Source: Lama glama | Lineage: Eukaryota | DNA: 64,000 nt | NCBI GenBank assembly: GCA_028534125.1 | Contig: CM052817.1 | Coordinates: 52,702,001-52,766,000 of the forward strand | Reading direction: 5' to 3' | In this document: piece by piece, positions 11,031 through 24,500 of the stretch | How positions within the stretch are numbered: the first letter of the stretch is position 1 | Layout: the number at the start of each line of letters is the position of its first letter | Position numbers and translations under genes: made by a program | The notes under the pieces: generated by a model | Databases searched by the model: none | What the model was told of the DNA's origin: nothing | The model's input: only the letters and a program-made list of their open reading frames with translations

Positions 11031-12489
11031 TTTGTACATAAATTATCCCTTTTCTATTATCATTCTATTACAAAGCAGAGAGCACCAATAGAAACACACT
11101 GCAAATGAACTAACATGTTGCATATTAGAATTTCAAATCAAGTCAAAATTAAATGTCTACTTCAATTAAGTAACACTGCATAGACAAAGATATAACAAAT
11201 TTTAAAGAGGCCAAGTAATTTGCACTTCTTATGTACATGTTCTGTAACATCATTCTACAGAAAATAAAATTAAATAGAACATGGACTCAGTCATCAAATG
11301 TCAATCTTATTAGTTACAAATGTGATATTTTAAAGCATTTTCTAAATATGTTTATAGCTTAAGAACCCCGCAAGGTAACATAAGAGTCAACTAAAGACCT
11401 ACAAATTATCATAAACATTTCTTTTTCATCTTCAGTAAATTTCTTCAAGGCTTTGAGTGCTACATTGAAATTTTGGATTCTTAATTCTGTAGTCTCCTGA
11501 AAAAATATATATATATACACATGTATTCACACATACAGATTTATGAATTTGACAGGATATACTATTACAGGAAATTTTTTTTCTTTGTTTTACATGGTTA
11601 TTTTGCTATGATTTCACTTAATACTCAATCTTGAGGCTTTCTTATACTTATAGTCAAAGATCATCTAATATCTGTGAAATCCAAACTTTGTTTTAGTAAC
11701 CAATAAATGCTAAGCAAATGCAGTATCTTAAGCCACCCACCCCCATGCCAAAAAATGAAAAAAAAAAATTCCTTGATGGCATGTTTTTCCATTTGAAAAG
11801 CAGTGATGAATTTAACACTTTACACCTACTACCAATATTTACTTCAATTAATGGTAAAATTACCATTGAAAACAAAGTAGAACTATGGAATAATAAATAG
11901 TGTAGAATCCTCTTTTATTCCTGTTTTAAGAGTCATTAAATGTTAAATTGGGAAGTGTTTAGAATATCACTTACTATTCTGACTCTACATATGAAGCAAA
12001 TAAATTTTTGTAAACCCTCAGGAATTATGAGAGATACTTTTAGTAATTTAGTAAACAGTCTCCCAGAGTGGCCTAGTAAATTTAGCAATAAGTAGGACAT
12101 GTCAGAAAATGCCACAAATCCTATAGATTTGTGAGAATTGTCACTCAGGCTACACAGTCAACAAAAATAATTCATTCAGCTGTCTGCTCAAGTAGAGCTG
12201 TGCTTCAGCTACAAAGTTTAGAAACTTTAAATTTCATACATATCAGGAAGGAAAGTAGTTTTGAGGCATCAAAATTTTAAAGTCCAACTAGGTTTAGAAA
12301 TGAAATAAATTTTTTGTTGTAATATTAATATATTAGAATATTTTCTTCACAGTTAACTTGTAAATAATGTGCTAGTTATTATATATACATACACACATGC
12401 ATACAAACATGTATTTGTGTGTATATATACACAAACATTTATATATATTTATATAAATATATGCAGCGCTGTAAATTAAGACAGATTAT

Positions 12490-13650
12490 AAATTGCACTA
12501 GAGAAAAATGTGGGAAAGATAGTCTTTTCAACAAATTATGGTAAAGTAATTTGATAGATAAAAAAATAGTTATTTACCTTCTATAACATACTATAAATAA
12601 AAAATCAATTTCTGTAGATTTTAGGCTAAAATTCAGAAAGCAAGATTATATGGTTCTCAGTAAATATTGTAGAATATTTTAATGATTTGTGCAATGGAAT
12701 TAAAAAATCTTAAATATAATATAAATATAATAGACATAACAGAATACATTTTATGACATGAAAATGAATAATTTGTGTTTTTCATGTGATATCATCATGA
12801 AAGTTACAGAATGTTAGGTAGCATTGTTAACAAATATAACTGATGGAGAAATTGTATCCAGAACAAAGAAAAAGACCTTAAATCAATGAGTAAAGGGGAA
12901 AATGCAATATGAAAATAAAAATTCAGTACAAAGATTGAAAAACATATTAATAAGCATTCCAAACATGTAGATGTGGAAATAACCAAAAAGCACTTGAAAA
13001 GAAGCCTTCCTTATTCATTGTAAGGGGATAGCAAAGATTATACACAAATACAATATGTAGTTTTGGTAAAGCATGTGGAACAATGAGATTTATCATACAA
13101 TCCTGGTAGAAGCACAAATTATATACCATTTTGGAAAGACTTGATATTACTTTTAACAGTTCAAAATGTGCATACCTTGTAACCTGTATTTTTGCTTTCA
13201 TTATATATTTATGAAAAATATTGCTATATGTGTATAGTGAAATGTGTAAGAATGTTAAAAGTAGTATTATTTGTAAGGGTAAAAATTAGAAAAAAAAACA
13301 CAGTTATCCATTTTTCTTGGGTAGATAAGGCTGGTAATTCATAAAATGGAGTATTATGCTGTAATGGAGGTGGATAAACTACAGTCACATGCAATGACAA
13401 GAATGAATCTCAAATAATGCTGTGGAAGATAAACCAGACAGAAAACTAATATTATAGAATTATATTCATAAAACATTACAAAACAATACCTAGTTTGCAT
13501 GCTTTAGATACCAACATGTAAAAGAAAGAAAGAAATGGATTACTATATTTTAGATATTAGTTATTTTTGGAAGGAGGGAGAAAACAGTGATTAAGAAGGG
13601 TCTGAGAGGATGCCATCTAAATGTTTATCTTTTAAAATTTTATTAGTAAT
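12490..13650 (+). mobile_element. ancient L1 (L1ME-like) ORF2 end and 3'UTR
   Basis: tagtcttttcaacaaat, accattttggaaa, aaaatgtgcataccttgtaacc, gaatgaatctcaaataatgctg. Confidence 0.6.
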
Positions 13651-15479
13651 ACGACGTATGACCAGGTAAAAAAAAAAAATTAGAAGTATCCTGTGAGAAT
13701 ATCCCTCCAAACCCCTAACCCACCTCTCTGCTCCACTACCCCCAACCACGGCACCCCAGACATTACAAATAAAGTCCCTCTCTTCCATCTCTGCAGGGCA
13801 ATTACTATATCTGTTTCTCATATCTCATAAAATTCTCTCAATATTGAATAATAGAGCTTATTAGAATCTTATTCAATCTGATTTTATCTTTTAAAATCTG
13901 ATTAAAATCTTGGCCCTAATAACTTCCAAATTATTGGGAGTAAGAAAAGCCTAGAAAGGACTCTGAAAACATCCATCTTCAAAAAGAATAACTAATTCTA
14001 GAGATGAAGAAAGAAAACTTGTACAGTTCATTAAATGTCAAAAATAAAGAACTCAACAAAGGTAGAGTGCTAAATATTCTCAAATCTATTGGAAGTTCAT
14101 AGAAACAGAAATAGAATTATTATTGGATTTTACGACTAGAATGTCACTGATGACTTTTGTGACCAATTCTAATGAAGCAAGGTCAAAATCCAGAATGTGT
14201 AAGATCTCACTTTCTCCAGTCTTTCATCGGTAGCACCCATCTCTGCTGCCAAGGCTTTGTGCCCTTTTGAGAGCACTGATGTAGCCAACGCAAAAAGTAA
14301 CAGGTATCATATAGGTGAGTGATCATGTCCATTTTGTATATTTCTTCTGTGCTGTCTGATCTCCAGTGAGGGGTAAGTTTCCATAGGATGATCCATTTAT
14401 CTCTGTCCTCAATCTTCCAATCTTTACCCTTTCAAACTTCAGATCACCTTAGTCATTTGCTACTGCCTGTGCCTCTGTATATAGTTTTAAGTAATGTCAT
14501 TTTCCTCTTCACAGAGTGTAAAGGACCAGGTGAATTTCTAAGACTGATAATACAGAGGATTTTCTTTCATAACTGCCTTCCATGGCAGTCTCTGAGTGGA
14601 GTTGTGTTTCAGGAACTGGTCATTCTCACCTTTCCACCTACATCCCCAGGCAACACATGAATAACTAAACCTGAGATATTTTCTCTTCTGTCAGAAATTC
14701 ACAATAAACCATCCAGGAGACCAGAGGTGTGAGCTGAGTTTGAAGCACAGAACTATAATGGTAGGTGATACAGGCCTCTGTGCCACCTGTGTATACATTT
14801 TACTTATGTGAGACAGCAATTAAGGTGCACATGATTTATTCACAGATTGTTCGTAAGACAATCATGTACATGATTGGGTAGTAATGTAGAAATGTGAAGA
14901 AGGAAAAAATAAGTAAGAATATTGTTCGAAATGAAATTTAGCCATGGCCAGAGTGTGGAACATGGTGTAAGTGGGTATGTTATGAGCCATCCTGTGGTGC
15001 TGCATCAATTCTGTGGTGAGCAAGCTGATTCTAGTTTAGGAAAATTCTATGGATGGGTCACATTTGTGAGCTCTTAGCTTAAACAAACAAACAACTAACT
15101 AACTAACTGGGGAATGGGTGCATAGTCCTGGCTAACGGAATGTGATCAAGACAGTGACATCAGCCATAATGACCCTTGTACGCATTTATGGCTTTACTAT
15201 CTAAAGAATGTAAATTTCCATCTCATATCTCATAGCTGAGATCATAATTCATGCATTCAGGTTCCTACCTGACATCTCTTTACAGATCTGTCAGTAGCAC
15301 TTCAAACCCACTCTTTCCAATATTGTGCTTTTAATCTCTCTTTATACATGGTTTTCTGTTGTTAGTAAAAGTCACCTGTGTCTTTTCTGTTGTACAAAAT
15401 ATAAATTTTGAAGCCATCTTTCATACTTTCTTCTTCTGTAAATCTGTATCCAATTTATTTTGGTGGCAGATGCTGTTAC

Positions 15480-15925
15480 TTCCCTGTCCATTTTCTCATA
15501 GCTATTATCATTCTCATTTATGCTCTTGCCTATTGCAAGTGCCTGTGACTCATCACCTGAAGTCTTTCTCTGGCACACTCAGACCACATGTAGGGCAGGC
15601 TAGAAGTGCTAGAAAGTGAATAATTTAGAAGAAACTTTCAGATAATGATGGATGGAATTTGGAAGATTAATTCTCCAGTATCCTTTATACTTGCATAGGA
15701 CAATGATGAAGAATTCTCTACACTGTCTCCTAGAGAACCCAGCAGCAATGGGTTACATTACATTACAAAAATACACGGGAGTATTTTTTAATAACACACC
15801 TGAAAGGGTTTCCATTTCTCTCTCATCTCATCCCCTACTTCAGTAATTCTCTGAATCACATCCAAAGAAGTTCTTGCACTTAAGCCTTTGTCTAAGGATC
15901 TACTTTGAGAAAACCAAACTAATAA
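15480..15925 (+). mobile_element. LTR16-like ERVL solo LTR
   Basis: cacctgaagtctttctctggc, gggcaggctagaagtgctag, cttgcacttaagcctttgtctaaggatctactttgagaaaaccaaactaa. Confidence 0.6.
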
Positions 15926-16337
15926 ATGCCAAGTCTTACCAGTTTTATTCCCTTACTGTTTTAAAAAATCTGTGGTTTCTTTTATTTACATGGCCATACC
16001 ATAAATACAGTTTGCTATTATTTCTCAGCTTTGACCAACATTATAAAAACTTCCAAACTACTTTTCAGAATCCATTCTGGATCTCTTTAAGCCATTCTCC
16101 ATGATAAACCCTCGTATTTCCCCAAAGAAAACCTGATAATATATTAAGACTCCATAATGGATTTTATGGCTTTAGGATTAAAAGTCAAGATATTTTAGGT
16201 AGTGTTTGGTTTATGGTATATTGTCATTTAGAATCCGTTCTCAACTAGTTCCAAACATCTTCCTGAACTGCAATGAATGAATCTAAACCTTTACATTTCC
16301 TAGGTTAATTAGCAGTGTGGGCTTAAGAAAGGAATCA

Positions 16338-16708
16338 TGTTCTGTCACTGAAATATGCTTCCATGAAACAGGAAGGGAATTTCAAAATAAAATGCTTTAC
16401 ACAGCCTGATGCTGTGACGTTGACAGATAAGTTTTGAGAGACTTTCGTGATTGTGATGACCAGTGTGGCATTTCATGTCTAGATACATGTTTAATTGAGA
16501 CCATAGTACCAGTGTCAGAGACCCATACCTTCTGGTCTTTGGAAAGCTGCCATGAAAGATGAGCTGTATTGTCATATGGCAACAGGTCTGACTGATACTT
16601 CTCCAGTGACTCCAAGAGCCTTTAAAGCTCCTAATTTCCTGTGTTAGCTCTCCATTTTTGAAATATACAGAATGATTTCTGTTCCAAGCACTGAAACTTG
16701 ATGATACA
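16338..16708 (+). mobile_element. old ERVL-class LTR (LTR33/LTR41-like)
   Basis: 3' end gaatgatttctgttccaagcactgaaacttgatgataca. Confidence 0.4.
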
Positions 16709-16759
16709 ATAACCTGGCATTTAGTTGATTTGGATCTAACTCCCCAGCTCTACCATCCA

Positions 16760-17190
16760 CAGATCTCTTAATTTTCTGCATTTCAGTCATCTTGGACTCT
16801 TTATGACTATATTTTTGTATTAGAATGCCATGTCCCCTCCAACTATTCGTTTATTTCTTGCTTGGAAATCCACTTCTTCTCAACATCTTTTCAAAATTGC
16901 CTGTTCTCTTTTGTTACCAGAGCTGAAAAATTGCTTCTTTAAGGAAGCCTCCCTGAGGTCCTACTTAATTAAAATATTTATCAAATGAGCTCCTAAATCT
17001 GAAGTTTCATAGAAACTTACATTTTGAAATTGTTCATGTGTGATTATTTGAATATTGTTTAACTCATCAAACTAGGGAATATGTTTCACAAGTCAAGATT
17101 GATTCTGCTTAGTCTCACTATTCTAATTCTTAGCCCACTGCCAGGCTAAAGGTAGAAATTCAGTAATTTTTGGTGAATGTTGTTTGAGAG
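16760..17190 (+). mobile_element. L2 3' fragment
   Basis: aggaagcctccctga...agcccactgccaggctaaaggtagaaattcagtaatttttggtgaatg. Confidence 0.5.
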
Positions 17191-17949
17191 ATTTAGAAAA
17201 CTAGGAGATATTTAATGAAGTGATATTTAATTGAAGAAGTTAGGTATGAGGTCCAGACCTCAAATTGGCATTTTAACTTTATACAAGAACACGTGTGCCA
17301 TTACGACAGGAAATAAAAAGGGAAGACAGATGTTGATATTTATGGATAGTATGTAAGAAATTAAGAGTTCCATCTTTTCTCCCTGAAGCAAAATACTAAG
17401 GGGTCTTTTGACAGTGATTGTAGCTATAATTGGGAGGTGATTCAAATAGAGGGGAACATGTTGGAAAATTCTAGTTTGTTAATGGGAAAGAATGTTGACT
17501 AGGTAAATGAAAGACCTGGGGACAGTTTTAAAGACATATTTCAGAATCTAGACAAAATATACTAAAGACATCAGTCTGTGCATTAACAAATAATTGCATA
17601 GTTGCAGTGAATGGAAGCACTTTAATTGATCCAGAATCTAGATGTTATATTATGCTGTATAGAATGATAATAAGACAATAACGGGACTATGTTGAGAGTA
17701 TTGACAAAAACATGAGTGCTAGTTTAGAGAGAGAAGAGAAGGAATAGGATTCCTTTATGTGGAATAAATTAAAGAATTCACAAAATGGAAATACTTATGA
17801 AGTCATAAACATGTGCAGTAGAAAGAACAGAGGTCTGGAGAGATATGAATATATGATTAGAGTCTGAAAAGTTTGAATTAGAAATTCCAGAGTTGCTGAA
17901 AGTAGCGTAAAAGAGATTGCACATTTTTCAATAATTCCTTTTAAACCTC

Positions 17950-18187
17950 AATGACTTTGGCATGAATTGGGTCACTTGCTTCTTCATGACCTATTCATGT
18001 TAATTTGATTATTCAGGCCCTGAACACATGCCCACTCCTAGCTAATTGGGACTATATCTTGACCCCATATATATATCTAGAACTGGAACAGATGAAAAAA
18101 GTATTTCTTCACGAAAAAGTTAGAGGTTCTATTACCAGATTAAGGAAAATTGGATGTTGGACTGACAAACTACGTATGTCAGTGTGA
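17950..18187 (-). mobile_element. MLT1 LTR fragment
   Basis: tgaattgggtcacttgc, acacatgcccactcct, ctattaccagattaaggaaaattggatgttgg. Confidence 0.5.
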
Positions 18188-18361
18188 AGTTCTTTAATTA
18201 TAATAAACACTGTTGTAAACTGGTGTCACATACCCACTCTCAAGGACACTGCCTGGACTCTGTCATTGACTACAGCATAGAACAGAAGCGTAATATGCAG
18301 TCAGCAATAAAGGTGATAAACAATGATTACTTCTTGTAAAACATGAAAGAAGACAGATTTA

Positions 18362-18530
18362 ATACATTCAATAAATGTTTGCTGATCACATCTTATGTTC
18401 CAGAAATTGTCCTTGGTACTTGGAATGCATTAGTGAATATTTTTCTGATTTTCTGGAACTTAAATTTTAGTATTTGTAAAAGACAGACATACAATAATAA
18501 GTGAATTGCATAGTTGTTTAGAAGATGATA
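18362..18530 (-). mobile_element. L2a 3' end
   Basis: cattcaataaatgtttgctgatcacatcttatgttccag...ggtacttggaatgcattagtgaa. Confidence 0.6.
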
Positions 18531-19164
18531 TCTGTAATTAGCTGTTTTTTAGGAACTATGTGTAGTTCCAACAGTTCCTGTTTGAATGGATTCAGTTTCT
18601 CAGATCTTCAGAGTAAGACTCCTGCTCTCATTGAAAAGCACTACCTAAACACATTGATTTTCCTCAGAAGAGCCCATCTCTTTACAGGTAAAGGAGTCAA
18701 TTTCTAATAATTTCACTAGAAATTCACTTGCCCCAAGAAATCTAAAGTGTCTGTATCTGTAGGAAATGTCAGTATATTCCTCAGGTAAGATTTGTGCAGT
18801 TTCAGCTGTGCAGTAGGGATCAAAACCAGCTATCTGTCAAGAACTCTTCAAAGCTTCGCAGAAAGAGGGTCCTGACCCAGTAAATGACTTATTGCCTTTA
18901 ACCCTATGCTACCTACTGAATGCAGAGCACACCAGTATTCTTTCAGATATAATTGCCTAAGAGGATGGGGATGGGTTAGAATTTCCTATTATAAATTAAA
19001 CACAAGAACTTTTAAATTTACCTTTTTTACATTTACCCTCAATTTCTAAGTAATAAAAATAATGAACACAAAGTAATTTTAAAAAAGAGACTCTTATCTA
19101 GATGATGAAAAGTTATTAAAACAAAGGATGTGGAAGAAAATAAAGATAAATTTAAAAAATAAAA

Positions 19165-20480
19165 CTTCACCCCATTCAACATCCATTTATGATAAAAACT
19201 CTCAACAAAGTAGGTAGAGAGGGAACATACCTCAACCTAATAAAAGCCATATATGGCAAACCAACAGCCAACATCATACTCAATAGTGAAAAGCTGAATG
19301 TTTTTCTTTTATGATCAGAAACAAGAAAAGGATGCCTACTCTCATCACTTTTATTCAACATAGTATTGGAAATCCTAGCTAAAGTAATTAGGTAAGAAAA
19401 ATAAGTAAAAATCATCAATCCAAATTGGAAAGAAAGTGAAATAGTCACTATTTGCACATGATGTATTATATGTAGAAAAACCTAAAGACTCCACCAAATA
19501 CTAAGCAACAAATTCAGTAAAGTTGCAGAATACAAAATCAATATGCAAAAATCTGTTGTGTTTCTATACACTAATAAGAAACTATCACAGAGAGAAATTA
19601 AGAAGTCAACCTCATTAATAATTGTATCAGAAAGAATAAAATACCTAGGAATAAATTTACCAAAGAGGCAAAAGTCTTGTACACTGAAAACTTTAAGATG
19701 CTGATGAAATAAATTGAAGACACAAATAAATGGGAAGATATTCCATGCTCATGGATTGGAAGAATTGATAAGTTGGATTTCAAAACATCCAAACCAAACT
19801 ATAGCCATTATCTTGTAATAAATTTTAATGGAGTATAATCTGTAAAAATACTGAGTCACTATGCAGTGTGCCTGAAACTAGTATAATATTATAAATCAAG
19901 TAAACTTCAAAAAATCCATGCCACCCAAAGCAATCTACATATTCAATCCAATTCCTTCAAAATTCCAATAACATTTTTCACTGAAATAGAATAAACAAAT
20001 CTAAAATTTATTTGGAACCACAAAGACCCAGAACAGTCAAAGTAATCTTGAGGGGAAAAAAAAAGCTGTAGGTGTCATGCTTTCAGACTTCAAACTATAT
20101 TATAAAACTGTTGCAATCAAAACAGTATGGAATTGGCAAAAGCAGGCACATAGATTGATGAAATAGAATAGAGATCCTAGAAATAAATTCATACATACAA
20201 GATCAATTAATTTACAACAAAGAAGTCACTGAATGTACAATGGGAAAAGACAGTCTCTCCAATAAGTGGTGTTGGGAAAACTAGAAAGTCATACAAAAGA
20301 GGCAGGGGGTGGGGTGGGGTAGGCAAAATGGGTAATGTGGTCAAAACATAAAAACTTACAGTTATAAATAAATAAATCATGTAGATGTAATATACAGCAC
20401 AGTGACTTTTTAATAATACTGTACTGTATATTTGAAAGTTGCTAAGGGAGTAAATCTCAACACAAGAAAAAAAAAAAAGA
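19165..20480 (+). mobile_element. L1 ORF2 RT fragment with internal deletion into 3'UTR and A-tail
   Basis: attcaacatccatttatgataaaaactctcaacaaagtagg, ggaagatattccatgctcatggattggaagaat, gacagtctctccaataagtggtgttgggaaaac; 3'UTR from about 20300; A-run 20467-20478. Confidence 0.9.
19791..19914 (+). mobile_element. short L1 3' tail nested in L1
   Basis: ctatagccattatcttgtaata...tgcctgaaactagtataatattataaatcaagtaaacttcaaaaaa interrupts the host motif aaaa.tccat|gccacccaaagcaatctac. Confidence 0.75.
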
Positions 20481-20921
20481 AAACACCTTTACCCATTACC
20501 ACACCATTTTAATAGGTAAGTTATAATAGCATATTGCATTTTTCTCTTGTAGTCTTCATCATTTGCATGTTTATATATTTAAAGTTTTAGTTTTGAGTCC
20601 TGATTTTTTCCATAGTTAATTGATTGCATATACTTTACAAGTTGCTATATTATCTTTCACAGTAGGTTTTCAATAGCTCCACAATATTCAGTTGAGTATA
20701 ACATAACTTGCCTTTATCACTATTGGAAATAAAAAACTCTGTAAAGTCAAGATTCTATGGTGTTTTATACATTGATAGGTTATGAATACTTTGTTATCAT
20801 GACGCATATTCAACCCAATCACTTCCTTCTATTTCCTGATATTTATATTTAATTTTTAATATTAAGAGAATAACATCAATGGGATACAGAATTTCAAATT
20901 GATATTCTTACCATAATAATT

Positions 20922-21085
20922 CAGGGGGATCAGATTGAAAGTTCCATCCCTCCAATCACATGGCTGGTTCCCATGACTACTAGCTTCATCCTTAGGTACT
21001 TAACAGATGTCACCTCATTAACATAAACTCAAGTGTGTCTGAAAGTGTTTCTTTTGAATATTGGGCACCTTTATCACTTTCTTAG
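20922..21085 (-). mobile_element. MER21-like LTR fragment
   Basis: gaaagttccatccctccaatcacatggctggttccc...gtcacctcattaacataaactcaagtgtg. Confidence 0.65.
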
Positions 21086-21750
21086 TACAAGGGAAAGAAG
21101 AAGATCAATTTGAAATTCTGTGACTCACTGATGTTATTTTTTAATTGTTAAAAATCAGATATAAATATTAGAAAATAGAAGAGAAAGTGTTTGAGTTGGT
21201 TGATGTTCTCTAAGTAACGAATACAATTGGCTGCATAGCAAACACATAAATTTGTCTTGAATCAGGTCAGATGTAGGCTATACATTTATATAGACATTGT
21301 TTAGTCTCTAATGCATTTATTTTTATTTCCTGTTTTTATAAACCAATTTGTAGAATATAAAATTAGGAATGCTCTGTAGGAAGTGAATTTGGTCTCAAGA
21401 AAATTGAAAACATAAAAATGTGCAAAGACAGATGAGTATTCATTTTGTGAAACAACTATGTCAGTCAACTGGTTAATATCAGTTTCATACATTAATCCCA
21501 AATATACATTGGTATATCTACATAATGATGTATATGCACTGTTTTTGCAATATTTTTTAAGCAAAAGATCAACTTTTAGTAATATTAGAGTGAGACATCA
21601 TAATTTGGCTAATAGGCTAGCTGTGAAATAGAAAGTAAGGGGATTCTGATATGATAATTATGATTAGTTCCACATTATTTTATGCTGAGTGTATACTAAA
21701 TGTATCTATAAGTAAAACTTTAATTTTCAAATTCCATTATCCAATTTTCT

Positions 21751-21957
21751 TTTTTTTTAAATGGCAGTATAGTCAGTTACAATGTGCCAATTTCTGGTGT
21801 ACAGAAAAACATCCCAGTCATATTTGTTTTCATATTCTTTTCAGTAAAGGTTATTATAAGATATTGGATATAGTTCCCTGTGCTATACAGAAGAAATTTG
21901 TTGTTTTAATCTATTTTTATATATAGTGGCTAGCATTTGCAAATCTCAAACTCCCAA
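21751..21957 (-). mobile_element. short young L1 3' tail with near-perfect 12-bp TSD
   Basis: poly(T), gtatagtcagttacaatgtgccaatttctggtgtacag...gttccctgtgctatacagaagaa; flanks atccaattttct (21739-21750) and atccaatattct (21958-21969). Confidence 0.9.
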
Positions 21958-22426
21958 ATCCAATATTCTTAAATTTAATCATGGTAGTGGTTTTATGGTA
22001 ACACTTAGGAAATTAGAAATTATAACATTCACTTCTTTTTTTTCACTGTAACATTTCACTTTTTTCACTACTTTTGCCTTACATCATGATAGGAAATATT
22101 TAATAATATTATTATAGGGATTTTCAAATAATATAAACTCATAGATTTCTGAAAAAATATATGTTTAGTCATCTGATGTCATTTATTGGATAGTGAACAT
22201 GTATGAAATTCTTTAGTATGCAATTAAACCAAGTCCCTAAATTCAAATAGGTGCCCTAGTATATCCTCAGACACATACACATATCAATGATGCATAGCTC
22301 TTGCCCACCGAAGTGTATAGTTTAAAAGGGAGGGAAAATTAAAGTCACAAACAAGTATGATAAAATGATAATGTATATAGGTTTTATAGAAGTGTAAAAC
22401 ATAGGTTAGGGATAACAATAAGTAAG

Positions 22427-23029
22427 TGACTAATTCAGTCCCACCAAGATGGAATGAATTACTCAAGACTCTGAGGGAAAGTCAAGAGAGGGAGAGGGGG
22501 TGGGGAGCCAACTTCACGAGCCTCTCAAATCTCTCATATTTATTGAGTACAGTCGAAGGAGGAATGCAGGAATTTAGGGAAGGACAGGGTGGGATCACAA
22601 TGAGTACAAAGGCTTTATTTATTGTTGGTGTTTGGCTCAAGGTCAGAAGACCCTTTTTGGTGAATCATGTTCCTGTTGAGCCTTTCAGCTTATCAGGGCG
22701 GAACGTATGAGAATCAGCTGCTTAACAACTTGGACTTAGGTGGCTGTGCCTGTCTTAGGTTGCCCCCTCAGGGGATCTTACCAGTCGTTGGCTAACCAGC
22801 CTTCTCACCTCTGAGTCTGCAGCTTTTTATAAGTTGTTTACCATTCCAGCCCAAGGCTGTTTTGGGGATAGAGGACTAACAGCAGGCACCCTCAGCATTT
22901 ATATCGTTTATAGCCATAGCCGGGGGCCTGGGTCGTTCCAAAACCTCAAAGCAGTTACTAAGCACATCTTTAATGAGATAATCGGCTGGGATCTGTTACA
23001 ATTTGTTAACCCAATCATGGGCTCCCACA
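22427..23029 (-). mobile_element. relatively young endogenous retroviral LTR-like element
   Basis: GC-richer block retaining several CpGs; minus strand begins TGTGGGAGCC; AATAAA on minus at about 22539 and 22614; left end and TSD not resolved. Confidence 0.6.
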
Positions 23030-23539
23030 CATATATTTCTTGGATAAAGAACAGAAATATTTTAAGTTAAAGCAGGAACAGAAAAATAATTCCTAGTATT
23101 CAAAACAGTGTAAGAGTTTGGCATATTTCATGATGTACCTTCATATACTTTGTGGTTATATGTAATGGAGTTTTATTTGCAGTTCTTAGCTGAAAATAAT
23201 AGAAACAGATTTTTGGTTAACTTAAAGAAAAATAAATTAACTTGGTTGATTTTTGATATACCACAGATTCAATGGAAGACTGGAGAATCAATTTCACAGA
23301 GCAAGCCAGAAACAAGGGAGTATGAACCCCAAGGGAAAAACTAGTTGTAATATTTCCTTATATAACTGGGTACATCATGCTGCCAGTGCAGCTGGGCTCC
23401 TGTTGCCATCACTGTCACCATTTCTCAACTTTTCTGTGAATTTTCATGAATTCCTTAAGGTTCAGATTCTTGGTAGTAGCATTTTTTTTTTTTGACAAAT
23501 TGTAGGACACAAAAATATAAGGATGGAAAAAAGAAATGT

Positions 23540-24500
23540 CTGGCCTCCATTGGGTGCCCAGTGTGAGACAGGTAATGGATACAAAGAAAATGTCCACTCT
23601 GTGGAGAAAGAGTAAGGCTGAGTTTCAAATAATAACTGACATAAAATTGGTTAGAAAGCTTTACACCATTACACAAAGCCTAGACTTCTGCTTGCAGGCA
23701 ATAAGAATTCATAACTGTATCTTAAGCAGAATAATTGTCATGATTGCATCTGAGAAATAATTTTAGTAATAATGTGGATGATAATACTGTAGCTCTGAGA
23801 GTCTCTTGATTGTGAATTCAGGTGATACATAATATTCCTGAAAATAGATGATAAGTGTCTTAACAAGCAAAATGGTGGTGGGGTTGTAGAGAATGAAAAA
23901 CAAAGAATTGATGAATAGTTATTTTCAAGGTAGGATTTGAGGAGTTTAGTAACTTATTAAATGTGAGAGATATGGGAGAGAAATGAGCCAGAGATACCTT
24001 ATAGATTCTGAAAATGACTAACAAGGTAATTGGGATGCTGATGAATGATAAATAATGAATTTTTAGAACCACTATATTTGATATAAATTTAACATTCAAG
24101 AATTACAGAATGTTGGTATAGAGTTTGGAGACATAGTTTTCATGTCTCCAGGGATACAAACAGAAAGATAAATCAGTAAGAAGCAGAAGAAAACCCAAGG
24201 TGAGTATTTTGATGGAAACGAAGAAAACAGACTTCCAAGATTTAATGAGAAGCCAGCTGGGTTATGTGCCATTAAATTCAAAGAGAAAAATAGTGAAGTG
24301 CTAGAGGGTCACAGATTAAGTAGTCACTGATATCCTTGACACAGTGGTTTCTTCAGGCAGGTAAGGAGAAATTATGATCGGAAAGGTTAAAGAGTGAATT
24401 TGCAGTCACAAAGGTTAAAAACTTGTTTAAAGATATTTGTCAGAATAAGGAAGGATAAATAGAATGTTATCTTGAAAAGAGGGGTAAAGGTGAGAAAAGA
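23540..24500 (-). mobile_element. degenerate L2
   Basis: tgggtgcccagtgtg, gcaggcaataagaattc, atgtgagagatatggg, gtcactgatatccttgac. Confidence 0.45.

Noticed and set aside
12380..12462. Palindrome atatatttatataaatatat and nearby TG/CA symmetry
   Set aside because: Expected from a decayed (TA)n/(CA)n microsatellite.
20301..20324. G-rich run (gggggtggggtgggg) as a novel G-quadruplex element
   Set aside because: It is the normal G-rich tract of L1 3'UTRs and has only three long G runs.
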